Below are positions 19,132 through 29,884 of a DNA stretch of 64,000 bases, piece after piece. A model generated the notes under the pieces. That model ran no database searches and was not told the DNA's origin. It was given only the letters and a program-made list of their open reading frames with translations. The DNA is from Alphaproteobacteria bacterium (GTDB lineage: Bacteria > Pseudomonadota > Alphaproteobacteria > Micavibrionales > UBA2020): assembly GCA_041287865.1 (NCBI GenBank), contig JBGGMV010000072.1:41978-105977 (forward strand). Direction: 5' to 3'. The translations under genes were made by a program, and so were the position numbers. Within the stretch, counting starts at the first letter, position 1; every line of letters begins with the position of its first letter.

Positions 19132-21864
19132 ATGGTTAAAACCCTGCGTCTGCCCAACGGCGTGACCTGCGTTGTAGACCAGCGCCCCGAAACCGGCATG
19201 GTGGCCATGAAGATCGCCATCAAATCAGGTGCGGCAGAGGATCCAGACGACAAGCAGGGCCTTACAACCTTAATGCAGGAAGTCACCGTCGCCGGCACCA
19301 AGACGCGCAGCCGCGAGCAGATTGCCGAAGAAGTTGAATCAAAGGGAGGCGGGCTGGGCGGCAACGTGACGCAGGACGCTACGAGTTATAGCGCCATGTC
19401 GCTGGCCCGCTACACCGGTGAAACATTCGCTGTGCTGGCCGACATTATCCGCAACCCGGTCTTCGACCCCGGCGAAACCAAGAACGCCATGGAGCAGCTT
19501 GCGCAGGCCATTATCGCCTCCGGCGAAGACGCGCAGGCGATCGCCCAAAAGAAATTTTTTGAAATCGCTTTCAAGGGCCAGGCGCTCGGCCGCGACGCGA
19601 CGGGCACGCTGGAGAGTCTCGAGACGCTGACCTCCGACGACCTCAAGGCCCGCCATGCCGCGCTGCTGGCCGACCCGTCCCGCATCGTCGTTTCCTTCTC
19701 GGGCGATATCGATCCCGTAGCTGCGGAAAAAATCGTCGCACAGCATTTCGGCGATCTTGCCGGCCCGAAAATCACGACCACGCCCGTTTATACCTTTACC
19801 CCCGGCTATTATGCCGAGGAAAAAGAAAACGACCAGTTGAACATCTTTATGGGCTTCCCCGCGCCTTCACTGAGAGATCCCGACCGCTTCGCCATGATCT
19901 TGCTGAACGATCTGCTGGCGGGCGGCATGTCGACGCCGCTGTTCCAGGAATTGCGCGAAAAGCGCAGCCTCGTCTATACCCCGGGCGCGGAATACATGCC
20001 GCTCGACACCACCGGCACATTTGTCGTTGTGGCGGGCACGGGTCAGGGCAAAGCGGGCGAGCTTGTGCCCGCCGTCATGGAAATGCTGGCCAAATACGCG
20101 CGCGAAGGCTTTGACGACAAGGCGATGGAAGAGGCCAGGGGCCGCATTTTCCGCGAGCTTGCCAATAGCACCGAAACGGCGGGGCGCACCGCCTCCCAGA
20201 ATGCCGGCCACATTTTGAACAAGGGCCGCATCGTGCCCGAGGGCGAATTCAAGGCCCAGATCGAGGCCGTGACCACTGACGACATCCGCCGCGTCTGCGC
20301 GAATATGCTGAAATCGGGCCAATGCGCGCTGACCGCCGTCGGCCCGCTCGATACCCTGCCCACGCAGGACGAAATCATCGCCAAAATGGCCGAAGTGTCG
20401 AAAGACCTCGTTTCACCGCCGCGCGCGCATACCGGTGGATTGCGCGCGACCTTCGCCGCTGCCGCGGAAAAGAAGAAAGCCACGCTGCCGGAGCCGAAAA
20501 TCACCGTGCTGCCCAATGGCCTGAAAATCATCACCGTCGAACGCCCCGGCCCGCTGTCGGCCGGTGCCTGGGTCGAGGCCGGCGCCGACCACGAAACGCC
20601 GGAACTCAACGGCGCCACGCATATGAACGAACACATGATGTTCAAGGGCACGCCCAAATATGCCCCGGGCTCGATCGCCGGCATCGTCGAAGGCGAGCTG
20701 GGCGGCAGCCTCAACGCCGGAACCAGCAAGGACAAAACTTGCTACTACATGTACGGCCTCGAAGCCGGGGCTATGCCGAAAATCGTCGACATTGTCGGCC
20801 AGATGGTATTCTTCGCGAATATCGATGAAGTCGAATACGCGGGCGGCAAGGAAGTGATTAACGCCAAGGGCGAAAAAATCATCTCCAAGGGTGAACGCGA
20901 AGCTGTGTTTGAAGAAATGCGCATGTATGCCGACGACGTCTCCAGCTGCCTTGGCGAGCTTATGGACGCCCTGGCCTATCCGGGCACGGCGCACAGCCGC
21001 CCCGTGCTGGGCACGAAGGAATCGCTGATGGGTATTTCCGCCCAGATGCTGCGCGACTATCGCGACCAATATTATGCCCCGAACAAGGTCATTTTCTGCG
21101 CCGTCGGCCCCGTCAAGCACGAGGATTTCGTGAAGGAGATCGAGGCTCAATACGGCCACCTGAAGCCCATGGAAACCGCGCCGCTGCCCGTTCCGGCCTA
21201 TACCGGCGGCACGGAGGCGATCGAGAACAAAAATGCCAAGCTGGTCGCCGTGCATATCGCGGCCGAAGGGGCATCAAAGACCGATCCGGATGTCGAAGCA
21301 TGGCGCGCCTTTACCACGCTGCTGTCGGGCGGGGCCTCGGCCATCATGCAGCGCGAGATTGTCGATAAACAGCACCTCGCCCCCGGCGTCGGCGCGGGTA
21401 ACATGGCCTATCGCAACTGCGGCACGTTCCTGATGGCCTCGCAGGTCGAGGCGCAGAAAGTAAAGCCGCTTGTCAACGCCATGTACCAGTGCATACGCGA
21501 CCTCGCGGCGACTGTGACCGAAGCCGACCTTGAAAAAGTCCGCGTCAAAATGGAAATGGGCGTGCTGGCAGGGCTGGAGGCGAACCAGAAGGCCTGCAAC
21601 GCCTATGCCGTGGCAGCACAAGACAAGGGCCGCCTTGTCGTGCCGTCAGAGCAGGCGGAGGCGATGCAGAAGGTGACTGTCGCTGACGTCCGTCGTATTG
21701 CAGCCAAGGTGCTGGCATCCAACCCGACCGGCGCAATGATCGTGCCGCCCGGCACGGACAAGAGCCTGCTGCCCACGCAGGAAGAACTGATTTCGATGCG
21801 CGACGGCACATGGAAGCCCGCTGCCCCCGCGCCGAAGGCTGACGGCCCCGCTTCCGGCCGCTAG
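19132..21864 (+). CDS. Tandem M16 (pitrilysin/PqqL-like) zinc peptidase
   Basis: 910 aa made of two M16 halves. The inverted zinc motif HMNEH (20620-20634) is present only in the second half. Confidence 0.8.
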   Translation: MVKTLRLPNGVTCVVDQRPETGMVAMKIAIKSGAAEDPDDKQGLTTLMQEVTVAGTKTRSREQIAEEVESKGGGLGGNVTQDATSYSAMSLARYTGETFAVLADIIRNPVFDPGETKNAMEQLAQAIIASGEDAQAIAQKKFFEIAFKGQALGRDATGTLESLETLTSDDLKARHAALLADPSRIVVSFSGDIDPVAAEKIVAQHFGDLAGPKITTTPVYTFTPGYYAEEKENDQLNIFMGFPAPSLRDPDRFAMILLNDLLAGGMSTPLFQELREKRSLVYTPGAEYMPLDTTGTFVVVAGTGQGKAGELVPAVMEMLAKYAREGFDDKAMEEARGRIFRELANSTETAGRTASQNAGHILNKGRIVPEGEFKAQIEAVTTDDIRRVCANMLKSGQCALTAVGPLDTLPTQDEIIAKMAEVSKDLVSPPRAHTGGLRATFAAAAEKKKATLPEPKITVLPNGLKIITVERPGPLSAGAWVEAGADHETPELNGATHMNEHMMFKGTPKYAPGSIAGIVEGELGGSLNAGTSKDKTCYYMYGLEAGAMPKIVDIVGQMVFFANIDEVEYAGGKEVINAKGEKIISKGEREAVFEEMRMYADDVSSCLGELMDALAYPGTAHSRPVLGTKESLMGISAQMLRDYRDQYYAPNKVIFCAVGPVKHEDFVKEIEAQYGHLKPMETAPLPVPAYTGGTEAIENKNAKLVAVHIAAEGASKTDPDVEAWRAFTTLLSGGASAIMQREIVDKQHLAPGVGAGNMAYRNCGTFLMASQVEAQKVKPLVNAMYQCIRDLAATVTEADLEKVRVKMEMGVLAGLEANQKACNAYAVAAQDKGRLVVPSEQAEAMQKVTVADVRRIAAKVLASNPTGAMIVPPGTDKSLLPTQEELISMRDGTWKPAAPAPKADGPASGR

Positions 21865-22640
21865 GATTTCAGCAGTTTTACGCGTTCCGCCACGGCCTCG
21901 GCCGCATTGGCGGGGCTGTCGGCGATGATTTTCACCAATGCGCTGCCCACAACGATGCCATCGGCCTTGCCATTCAGCGCGCGTACGTGTTCGGGCGTCG
22001 AAATGCCGAAACCTACGGCGACAGGGCTCTTTAAAGCTGTTCTCAGGCCCGCCAGACGGTCTTCCAGCTGGCGCGGCAAGGCGGCCTGCGTACCCGTCAC
22101 GCCCTCACGTGCAACGTAATAGACAAAGCCGCTGGAGCTTTCATCCACCAGCTTCAGCCGCTCTGGCGAGGTCGTGGGGGAGCAGAGGAATACCGTCTCG
22201 AAATTATATTTTTGAGCAAGCGCACGGTATTCGCCCGCTTCTTCCGGCGGCAGGTCGACAATCAGCGCGCCCTGCGCCCCCGCAGCCTGCGCCGCCTTGA
22301 TAAAGGCCTCATAGCCCATCTTGTAGATGGGGTTCAGATAAGAGAACAGGCAGATAGGCATCTTCACGCCTTGCGCGCGTACCTGTTTCACCAGTTCCAG
22401 TACACCCGTCAGTGTCGCGCCCTTGGCCAGCGCGCGTTCCGCCGCCTGCTGCACCGTCACGCCGTCGGCGACAGGGTCGGAGAAGGGCACGCCCAGTTCA
22501 AGCGCATCGGCCCCCGCTTTTTCAAGCGCGGCAATCACCTTGGCCGAAGACGCCATATCGGGGTCGCCGGCCATGACGAAGGGGATAAAGGCGGAAGACT
22601 TTTTGTCTTTAGCCGCCTGTAATGTGCTGCGAAGGCTCAT
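21861..22640 (-). CDS. trpA: Tryptophan synthase alpha chain
   Basis: 259 aa with typical TrpA sequence ([23 protein letters not shown]). Confidence 0.95.
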   Translation of the reverse strand: MSLRSTLQAAKDKKSSAFIPFVMAGDPDMASSAKVIAALEKAGADALELGVPFSDPVADGVTVQQAAERALAKGATLTGVLELVKQVRAQGVKMPICLFSYLNPIYKMGYEAFIKAAQAAGAQGALIVDLPPEEAGEYRALAQKYNFETVFLCSPTTSPERLKLVDESSSGFVYYVAREGVTGTQAALPRQLEDRLAGLRTALKSPVAVGFGISTPEHVRALNGKADGIVVGSALVKIIADSPANAAEAVAERVKLLKS

Positions 22641-23839
22641 TTCTTTCCTCCGTCGTATTTCTGGATGATGCCGATATCCTTGTCGCCGCGTCCCGACAGG
22701 TTGACGATAATCGTCTTGCTCTTGTATTGCGCGGCCACCTTGCAGACATGGGCGATTGCGTGGGAGCTTTCGAGTGCGGGGATAATGCCTTCGGTGCGGG
22801 CCAGCAGGTGAAAGGCCGTCACGGCCTCGTCGTCGCTGACGTTGGTGTAGCTGGCGCGTTTCAGCGCGTGCAGATAGGCATGCTCCGGCCCGACACCGGT
22901 ATAATCGAGGCCCGCCGACACCGAATGCGTCGGCATCGCCTGTCCGTCATTGTCCTGTAATATAAATGTCTTCATGCCCTGAAAAATGCCAGGCGTGCCG
23001 CCTGCGAAACGCGCCGCGTGCTCGCCGGGTTTGATGGCCGTGCCGCCGGCCTCGACGCCGATCAGTTCAACGCCCTTGTCATCGACGAAGCCCGAGAAAA
23101 TGCCGATGGCATTGCTGCCGCCGCCCACGCAGGCGATCACGGCGTCGGGCAGCTTGCCTTCATGTTCCAGTATCTGCGCGCGCGCCTCCTTGCCGATGAT
23201 AGCCTGAAAATCGCGCACCATGCGCGGGTAGGGGTGCGGGCCCAGCGCGGAGCCCAGCAGGTAATGCGTATCCGCGATATTACTGACCCAGTCACGCATT
23301 GCCTCGCTCACCGCGTCTTTCAGTGTACGCGAGCCTGCATTCACCGCCACGACCTCCGCGCCCAGCAGGCGCATGCGGAAGACGTTCATCTCCTGCCGCG
23401 CCATATCTTCGGAGCCCATATAGACGACGCATTTAAGGCCGAATTGCGCGGCGGCGGTTGCGGTCGCTACGCCGTGCTGTCCTGCGCCCGTCTCGGCAAT
23501 GATACGCGTCTTGCCCATATGCCGCGCTAGCAAAATCTGGCCGATGGCATTGTTGATTTTATGCGCGCCGGTATGGGCGAGATCTTCGCGTTTCAGGTAA
23601 ATCTTCGCACCCTTGAGGTGATCGGACAGCCGCGCCGCATGCTGCAGCGGCGTTTCGCGGCCGATAAAGTTTTTCAGCAGGCTATGGTATTCGGCCCAGA
23701 AAGATTCTTTTTCGGATAGTTCGTTATAGGCCTTCTCCAGCTCCAGCAGCGGGGCCATCAGCGTATCGGGAACAAACCGCCCGCCGAAATCGCCGAAATA
23801 TCCGCGGTCATCCGGATTGCTCCGTGCGTTGGTTTTCAT
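22637..23839 (-). CDS. trpB: Tryptophan synthase beta chain
   Basis: 400 aa. [15 protein letters not shown], the [12 protein letters not shown]-lysine motif, and GGGSNAIG. Confidence 0.95.
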   Translation of the reverse strand: MKTNARSNPDDRGYFGDFGGRFVPDTLMAPLLELEKAYNELSEKESFWAEYHSLLKNFIGRETPLQHAARLSDHLKGAKIYLKREDLAHTGAHKINNAIGQILLARHMGKTRIIAETGAGQHGVATATAAAQFGLKCVVYMGSEDMARQEMNVFRMRLLGAEVVAVNAGSRTLKDAVSEAMRDWVSNIADTHYLLGSALGPHPYPRMVRDFQAIIGKEARAQILEHEGKLPDAVIACVGGGSNAIGIFSGFVDDKGVELIGVEAGGTAIKPGEHAARFAGGTPGIFQGMKTFILQDNDGQAMPTHSVSAGLDYTGVGPEHAYLHALKRASYTNVSDDEAVTAFHLLARTEGIIPALESSHAIAHVCKVAAQYKSKTIIVNLSGRGDKDIGIIQKYDGGKK

Positions 23840-24465
23840 GCTGCCATGCCTTTCAATGCGCCAAACAGCGCCTTCAGTTTTTCAGGATCTTTCACGCCCG
23901 GGCTTGCCTCCACCCCGCCCGCAAGGTCGCAGGCAAAGGGATGCGCCGCCATGGCGGATTGAATATTTTCCGGCCCGATCCCTCCCGCGAGGATCACGGG
24001 AATGCCGTATGTTTTTGCTTTGCCGGCCAGCGACCAGTCGCCCGTCTGCCCCGTGCCGCCATATTGCCCCGCAACCGCGGCATCCAGCAGGATGTAATCC
24101 GCAATGCCTTTATAGGCAGCGATTGCCTCGAGATCGGATTCTTTTTCAGGCCGCAGCGCCTTGATCAGCAACCCGCCGAAATTGTCGCGCACGCGCTTGC
24201 ACTCATCCGGCGTTTCGTCGCCGTGCAGCTGCAGGCCTTTCAGCACCAGATCATTACCAACGGCAACAGCCTCCAGTGTCTGGTTGACAAACACGCCGAT
24301 CGGCTGCGCGGCGGCGGGCAGGGAGGCGATAACGGGTTTCGCGGCGGCGGGCGTGATATAGCGTTTCGATCTGGGATAGAAAATAAATCCCAGCGCCCAG
24401 GCGCCCAGTTCCTGCGCCATGCGCGCGTCCTCCGCGCGTGTCAGCCCGCATATCTTTACGCGCAT
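23836..24465 (-). CDS. trpF: Phosphoribosylanthranilate isomerase
   Basis: [10 protein letters not shown] at the N-terminus, 209 aa, overlapping starts and stops within the trp operon. Confidence 0.9.
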   Translation of the reverse strand: MRVKICGLTRAEDARMAQELGAWALGFIFYPRSKRYITPAAAKPVIASLPAAAQPIGVFVNQTLEAVAVGNDLVLKGLQLHGDETPDECKRVRDNFGGLLIKALRPEKESDLEAIAAYKGIADYILLDAAVAGQYGGTGQTGDWSLAGKAKTYGIPVILAGGIGPENIQSAMAAHPFACDLAGGVEASPGVKDPEKLKALFGALKGMAA

Positions 24466-25247
24466 AATTGGCCCCGCAGTTCTTCGAGCGCACGGCCGGG
24501 GTCTGGCTTTTTCATGAAGGACGTCCCCATCAGGAAACCGTCGTAGCCCCGCGCGCGCATATCCCGCAGGTCGTCAGCCGTGGATAGCCCGCTTTCGCAG
24601 ATAAAGGCGGCATTCTTCGGTTTCTTCAACGCTAGGCGGCGGCTGGTGTCGAGGTCTGTCTTCAACGTCTTGAGGTTGCGGTTATTGACGCCGATAAAAT
24701 CGGCACCCAGTGCAATCGCGGCATCCAATTCTTCGTCGTCATGCACTTCGACAAGGGGCGAGAGCTTCAGCGCGCGCGCGGCGTCGAACAAATCCTTTGT
24801 CAGCTTTGCATCCGTCATGGCGACGATCAGCAATATCGCATCCGCGCCCCATACTTTCGCCTCCAGCAACTGGTATTCATCGACCATGAAGTCCTTGCGC
24901 AGCAGCACGGCATCGGGGCGTTTCTGCCGTACGGCCTGCAGATAGGCGGGTTCGCCCTTGAAATACTGCGGCTCGGTCAGGATCGACAGCATTTTCGCGC
25001 CAGCCTTCAGGTATCCCTCCGCAATCGGCACAGGGTCTGATGCCGGATGGATGCTACCCTCCGATGGGCTGGCGAATTTGATTTCGGCGATGATATTGTA
25101 GCCGTCTTGTAAAAACGCGGCCTTTGCATCATGCGTCGTGCGGCTGAACAGCGGGCTGGCCTCAAGCGCCGCGGCAGGCGTCGTCTTCTTGGCAGCGGCG
25201 ACGCGCTCCCGCGTAATATCGGCGATTTTCTGAAGGAAACCGCTCAT
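24456..25247 (-). CDS. trpC: Indole-3-glycerol phosphate synthase
   Basis: IIAEIKFASPSEG, LSILTEPQYFKG and IGVNNRNL motifs. Confidence 0.9.
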   Translation of the reverse strand: MSGFLQKIADITRERVAAAKKTTPAAALEASPLFSRTTHDAKAAFLQDGYNIIAEIKFASPSEGSIHPASDPVPIAEGYLKAGAKMLSILTEPQYFKGEPAYLQAVRQKRPDAVLLRKDFMVDEYQLLEAKVWGADAILLIVAMTDAKLTKDLFDAARALKLSPLVEVHDDEELDAAIALGADFIGVNNRNLKTLKTDLDTSRRLALKKPKNAAFICESGLSTADDLRDMRARGYDGFLMGTSFMKKPDPGRALEELRGQLCA

Positions 25248-26230
25248 CCTGCGCCTTTCATGGCCTGCAGTTTTTTCAGCGCGAGGCCATCGGCGATCAC
25301 TTGTTGCGCGCGCGCAAGACCGGCCTTCAGGTCGGGATCTTTGCCTGCCGTGACGAAGCCTGCGGCGGCATTAAGGCAGATGATGTCGCGCGGTGCGCCT
25401 TCCGCGCCCTCGAAAACCGTCTTGATAATGGCGGCGTTCTGCTCAGCCGTGCCGCCCTGCAGCTTGTCGAGCGGGGTGGTGGTCAGGCCCACGTCTTCGG
25501 GGCAGATGATGCTTTCCTCTACCTTGCCCTCGCGCACGCGCACGATACGGGTAAGGTCGCTCAAGGATATCTCGTCAAGACCGTCTTCGCTTTTAACCAC
25601 CATCATATCGTTGCGGCCAAGGCGCTTGCCGGCATCGGCCACTTCGTCCTGAAAACCATAGACGCCGACCAGCTGACGCGAGGTGCGCGCGGGGTTGCAG
25701 AGAGGGCCCAGCAGGTTCAGGAAAGTCGGGCGGCCCAGCGCCTTGCGCACCGGCGCCAGCGATGCCAGCGACGGATGAAAGGCGGGGGCGGAAACGAAGC
25801 ACAGACTATGCTTCTGGTGCTGCATCTTTGCCATGGCGGCGTTGGTGGCGACAGGAATTTTCAGCGCGGCCAGTACGTCGCTTGATCCGCTGATTCCGGA
25901 CACAGCGCGGTTGCCATGCTTGATAACCGACACGCCGCCCGCTGCCACCACGAAGGCGACGGCGGTAGAGATATTGAACGTCTTGACGTTGTTCTTGCTC
26001 TTGTCGCCGCCGGTGCCGCAGACGTCGATGCCCTTGAGGTCGAGCGCAAGGGCGCGGTGCATCAGCGCGCGGGCGCAGGAGGCCAGCATTTCGCCGGTGA
26101 TGTCTTCGTCCTTCACGTTTTGCAGCACTTGGGCCTTGCTGGCGGCGGGGAAGCTCTCGTCGCAGAGCTTTGCCATCACCGCTTCCCATTTCTTGTCGAC
26201 TTCGTCGGCGTGGTTCTGTTTCGGCTTCAT
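25244..26230 (-). CDS. trpD: Anthranilate phosphoribosyltransferase
   Basis: CGTGGDKSKNNVKTFNISTA, HGNRAVSG and the remaining TrpD pattern. Confidence 0.9.
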   Translation of the reverse strand: MKPKQNHADEVDKKWEAVMAKLCDESFPAASKAQVLQNVKDEDITGEMLASCARALMHRALALDLKGIDVCGTGGDKSKNNVKTFNISTAVAFVVAAGGVSVIKHGNRAVSGISGSSDVLAALKIPVATNAAMAKMQHQKHSLCFVSAPAFHPSLASLAPVRKALGRPTFLNLLGPLCNPARTSRQLVGVYGFQDEVADAGKRLGRNDMMVVKSEDGLDEISLSDLTRIVRVREGKVEESIICPEDVGLTTTPLDKLQGGTAEQNAAIIKTVFEGAEGAPRDIICLNAAAGFVTAGKDPDLKAGLARAQQVIADGLALKKLQAMKGAG

Positions 26231-28347
26231 GCTTTCCCCGCAAGGTGTTTCATGACGTTTTCGATCATCCGGTGCCCGGCATATCCAGACATCGACAGGA
26301 CGGATTCGGGATGGAACTGCACCGCCCAGATCGGCAGTTTCTTGTGCGCCAAGGCCATGATGACGCCATTGTCGTTAGTGGCGATCACTTCGAGATCATC
26401 GGGTAGGGTCGAAACAAGGCCGTGAATGGAATGGTAGGCGCCGACAGTGCACGGGGCCGCAATGCCCTCGAACAACAGGTGGCTGGTATGCTTGATGCTC
26501 CAGGTTTTGCCGTGGTGCGGGTTTTGCAAATAGCCCAAAGTTCCACCAAATGCTTCAAAGGTTCCTTGCAGTCCGAGACAAACGCCGAATTGCGGAATGC
26601 CGGCCTCCGCCACGCGCTTGACCATGCCGGGCACGTCGAATTGTTCGGGCATGCCGGGGCCGGGCGAATGAACGATCAGGTGCGGCTTGTGCGCTTTTAT
26701 TTCCTCCAGCGGCGTGCCGTGACGGTAAGTGACGGCGGTCGCGCCCGTCTGGCGGATATAATCGGCCAGTGTATGGACGAAGCTGTCCTCGTTGTCGATC
26801 AGGACGACGGTTTTGCCTTCGCCCGTACGCTGCGCGGTGCGATCGGTAGGCGGCGCGACGTCGCCTGCAAGGATGCGCTTGAACGATGTTGCCTTGGTAT
26901 GGGTTTCGGCGGCTTCTTCTTCGGGCACAGAGTCGTAAACGATGCTGGCGCCGGCCTGATAGTTGGCGACGCCGTTTTTCAGGTGCAGTGTGCGGATGGT
27001 GATGCCGGTGTTCACGTCACCACTGAAATGCAGCGCGCCCACGGCCGCGCCATAGAATTCGCGCGCGGCAGGCTCGAAATTCTCGATGATCTTGGAGGCT
27101 TCGTTTTTTGGCGCGCCGGTCAGCGTCACCGCCCACATATGCGAGAGGAAGGCGTCGACGCCATCGAAGCCTTCGCGCAATGTGCCCTCCACATGGTCGA
27201 CGGTGTGGTAAAGGCCAACATAAGCCTCGATCTGCCTGCGGGCCAGCAGCTTTACCGACCCCGGCACGCAGATACGCGCCTTGTCGTTGCGGTCGACGTC
27301 GGTGCACATCGTCAATTCGGCTTCGTCTTTTTTAGAGTTCAGCAGTTCCTGCAAAATCTTCGCGTCTTCGATCACGGCGGCCTGCCCGGGCGTCTTGCTG
27401 CGCCGCGCGGTGCCTGAAATGGGGCAGCTTTCGACGCGCTTGCCTTCCACCCGCACGAACATTTCGGGAGAAGCGCCCACCAGCTGTTCGCCGCCCATCT
27501 GGATTAAAAATTCATAAGGGCTGGGGTTGATGCGGCGGATATTGCGGAACAGCGTTGACGGCGGCGTTGTGCAGGGCGAGGTGAATTTGCGGCTCAGCAC
27601 AACTTCGAACACATCGCCTTTGCGGATATGCTCGCCCGCGCGGGTCACCATATCGGCATAGCCTTCGTCGGAAAGGTTGCTGGTGATCTCGGGTTTCACA
27701 GCGGCGGGCGCGTTCGCTTTTCGTGTTGCGGGACGCGGCTGGCCTGCCGTGGTCAAACTGCCATGACTGAATTCATAGTCACGGCGGAAAACCGTTTCCT
27801 TGCGGCGGTCGAGCAGGTGGATAGTATCGGGCAGGTAAAGATGGAAGACCGATGAATCCTCGCCGCGCTTGTGCTTCAGCGGCACGGGGTTGAAGCAGAA
27901 CAGCAGGTCGTATTTAAACGCGCCGTAAAACCCGGCGAAGCCCTCGCCCGATTGTGTCAGCTTCATCAGGTGGCGGAGCGGCGAGAGAGGGGAGGGCTGG
28001 CGCGAACGTTCCTCCTCCGCAAAGCGGCGCGCGGGCGGCGATATGCGGCACGTCAGCACCTTGCCGTCATCCACGGTGAACGAGGCGTCAGGGTTTGCCT
28101 TGAACAGCGCCGCGATGATTTTCACGATCGTCTCGCCGCGGGCGTTCAGCGCCCTGAATTCGGTGCGGTCCGCGAAGCCCAGAATCTCCACCGGCGGCGC
28201 GGCGAAGCCGATGTCCCAGCGCGAGTAGCGGCCGGGGTAATCGGTGTCGGAGGCCATATAGACGCCCTTCTCGGCATCCAGCTGGTCGAGCAGGAAGCCG
28301 ATTCCGTCGTTAAAGGGCAGGGTGGCGTCGGTATGGGCGATTTTCAT
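26227..28347 (-). CDS. trpE: Anthranilate synthase, fused component I and glutamine amidotransferase (TrpE-TrpG)
   Basis: 706 aa. A TrpE core (GASPEMFVRV, GTARR) is followed by a GATase domain (GVCLGLQ, VQFHPES). Confidence 0.9.
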   Translation of the reverse strand: MKIAHTDATLPFNDGIGFLLDQLDAEKGVYMASDTDYPGRYSRWDIGFAAPPVEILGFADRTEFRALNARGETIVKIIAALFKANPDASFTVDDGKVLTCRISPPARRFAEEERSRQPSPLSPLRHLMKLTQSGEGFAGFYGAFKYDLLFCFNPVPLKHKRGEDSSVFHLYLPDTIHLLDRRKETVFRRDYEFSHGSLTTAGQPRPATRKANAPAAVKPEITSNLSDEGYADMVTRAGEHIRKGDVFEVVLSRKFTSPCTTPPSTLFRNIRRINPSPYEFLIQMGGEQLVGASPEMFVRVEGKRVESCPISGTARRSKTPGQAAVIEDAKILQELLNSKKDEAELTMCTDVDRNDKARICVPGSVKLLARRQIEAYVGLYHTVDHVEGTLREGFDGVDAFLSHMWAVTLTGAPKNEASKIIENFEPAAREFYGAAVGALHFSGDVNTGITIRTLHLKNGVANYQAGASIVYDSVPEEEAAETHTKATSFKRILAGDVAPPTDRTAQRTGEGKTVVLIDNEDSFVHTLADYIRQTGATAVTYRHGTPLEEIKAHKPHLIVHSPGPGMPEQFDVPGMVKRVAEAGIPQFGVCLGLQGTFEAFGGTLGYLQNPHHGKTWSIKHTSHLLFEGIAAPCTVGAYHSIHGLVSTLPDDLEVIATNDNGVIMALAHKKLPIWAVQFHPESVLSMSGYAGHRMIENVMKHLAGKA

Positions 28348-28390
28348 GGTGCAGCGGTCCTGTAAAACTCAGGTGGATATTATAGCATTG

Positions 28391-28435
28391 ATAAAATTGG
28401 GAAAAACAGGGTAAAGGGGGCTTACGCCCACCACC
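28391..28435 (-). terminator. Candidate trp attenuator terminator
   Basis: Minus-strand hairpin GGTGGTGGGCG-TAAG-CCCCCTTTACC (28410-28435, with some G-U pairs and mismatches), followed by CTGTTTTTCCCAATTTT. Confidence 0.45.
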
Positions 28436-28475
28436 GGGTCGAGGACAGCACAGAAATGCGACGCGCGTTCTTCAT
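28422..28475 (-). CDS. trpL: trp operon leader peptide (17 codons, tandem Trp)
   Basis: Minus-strand ATG AAG AAC GCG CGT CGC ATT TCT GTG CTG TCC TCG ACC CGG TGG TGG GCG TAA gives MKNARRISVLSSTRWWA. It lies 75 nt upstream of trpE(G). The Trp codons (28428-28433) sit in the 5' arm of the downstream hairpin. It is too short for the ORF track. Confidence 0.6.
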   Translation of the reverse strand: MKNARRISVLSSTRWWA

Positions 28476-28636
28476 ATGTATATATGAGCACTTCGGCCCG
28501 TTTGAGTCAAAGAAACTGTAGGGGCATGATGTTTGCAGGGCACTCGCCCGAAATAAATCGCCGAAAAGGGCTTGGCGGGTTTGAAACTTGAACAGTCGTA
28601 GCTATATTCGCGCAAGCGGTTGCATGGAGATAAAAA

Positions 28637-29884
28637 ATGGCGAGCCGGGCTCCTAAAATATTACTTTTCATAATTATTATCGGTTGCTTCGGTTTTCTGG
28701 GGTACCGGAAGTATATGGCTATGCACCCGCCGGGCCCGCCCGCTGAAATGATGGGCGGCGGCGGCGTGCCGGTCGATGTGGCCGAGGTGCAGGAAAAAGA
28801 AGTGCTGATGTGGCACGAATTCTCCGGCCGTCTTACGGCGTTCGAGCAAGCCGTGGTGCAGCCGCGCGTTAGCGGACAGGTTGAAACGATTCATTTCAAG
28901 AACGGCGCGATGGTGAAGAAGGGGGATATCCTCTACACACTCGACCAGCGCCCCTACCGCGCCGAGCTGGAACAGCATGAAGCCGCTTATTCATCGGCCG
29001 AGGCAAGCGCGAAGCTGGCGCAGACCGAATTCACCCGCGCCGAAGCTCTGTTCAAGGACAAAGCGGTTTCCCAGCGCGAATACGACACGCGCCAGAACGC
29101 GCTTAACGTGGCCGCGGCCGGGCTGAAAAGCGCCGCTGCCGCGCTCGACCGCGCAAAACTCGACATGGAATATACCGAGGTGAAAGCTCCCATCGACGGT
29201 CGCGTCGGCCGCGCGGAGGTCACCGTCGGCAACATGGTGCAGGCCGGCAACATGGGCATGGCGACAACGCTCACCACCATCGTGTCGGAAGACCCGATCT
29301 ATGCCGATTTTGAAATGGATGAAGTGACCTACCTGCAATACGCCCGCCAGAAAGAAGGCGAAGCCCCCATCCCCGTGAAACTGGGCCTCTCGTCTGAAAA
29401 AGACACACCGCACGAAGGCCGCATTGAATCTTTCGACAACAAACTGGATGCCGGCAGCGGCACGATCCGCGTGCGCGCCGTGTTCGACAATCCTGACGGC
29501 AAGCTTGTGCCCGGCCTCTTCGCGCGTATCCGTATTGGCGGCGATGCGAAGGAAAAGGCATTGCTGATTAACGACCGCGCTGTCGGCACCGATCAGGACA
29601 AGAAATTCGTGCTGGTGCTGGGCGAGGGCAACATGCTGCAATACCGCCCCGTGCGCCTTGGCGGCCCCGTCGAGGGCCTGCGCGTCGTGACCGAAGGCCT
29701 GCAGCCGGGCGACAAGATCGTCATCAGCGGGTTGAACATGAAGGTGCATCCGGGCATGCCCGCGACGCCGAACATGGTGCCGATGGATGCCCCTGCGTCA
29801 TCACCGCCTGCCGAAGCGCCTCCGGCTGACCCGTCAGCCGCACCTGCTGAAACACCCAAAGAAGGTGAAGGCAAAAGCCAGTAA
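28637..29884 (+). CDS. RND efflux membrane fusion protein (AcrA/MexA-like)
   Basis: N-terminal TM anchor, a biotinyl-lipoyl-like hairpin and coiled-coil pattern (QPRVSGQVETIHF, APIDGRVGRAEVTVGNMV). Immediately precedes the RND pump gene. Confidence 0.85.
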   Translation: MASRAPKILLFIIIIGCFGFLGYRKYMAMHPPGPPAEMMGGGGVPVDVAEVQEKEVLMWHEFSGRLTAFEQAVVQPRVSGQVETIHFKNGAMVKKGDILYTLDQRPYRAELEQHEAAYSSAEASAKLAQTEFTRAEALFKDKAVSQREYDTRQNALNVAAAGLKSAAAALDRAKLDMEYTEVKAPIDGRVGRAEVTVGNMVQAGNMGMATTLTTIVSEDPIYADFEMDEVTYLQYARQKEGEAPIPVKLGLSSEKDTPHEGRIESFDNKLDAGSGTIRVRAVFDNPDGKLVPGLFARIRIGGDAKEKALLINDRAVGTDQDKKFVLVLGEGNMLQYRPVRLGGPVEGLRVVTEGLQPGDKIVISGLNMKVHPGMPATPNMVPMDAPASSPPAEAPPADPSAAPAETPKEGEGKSQ

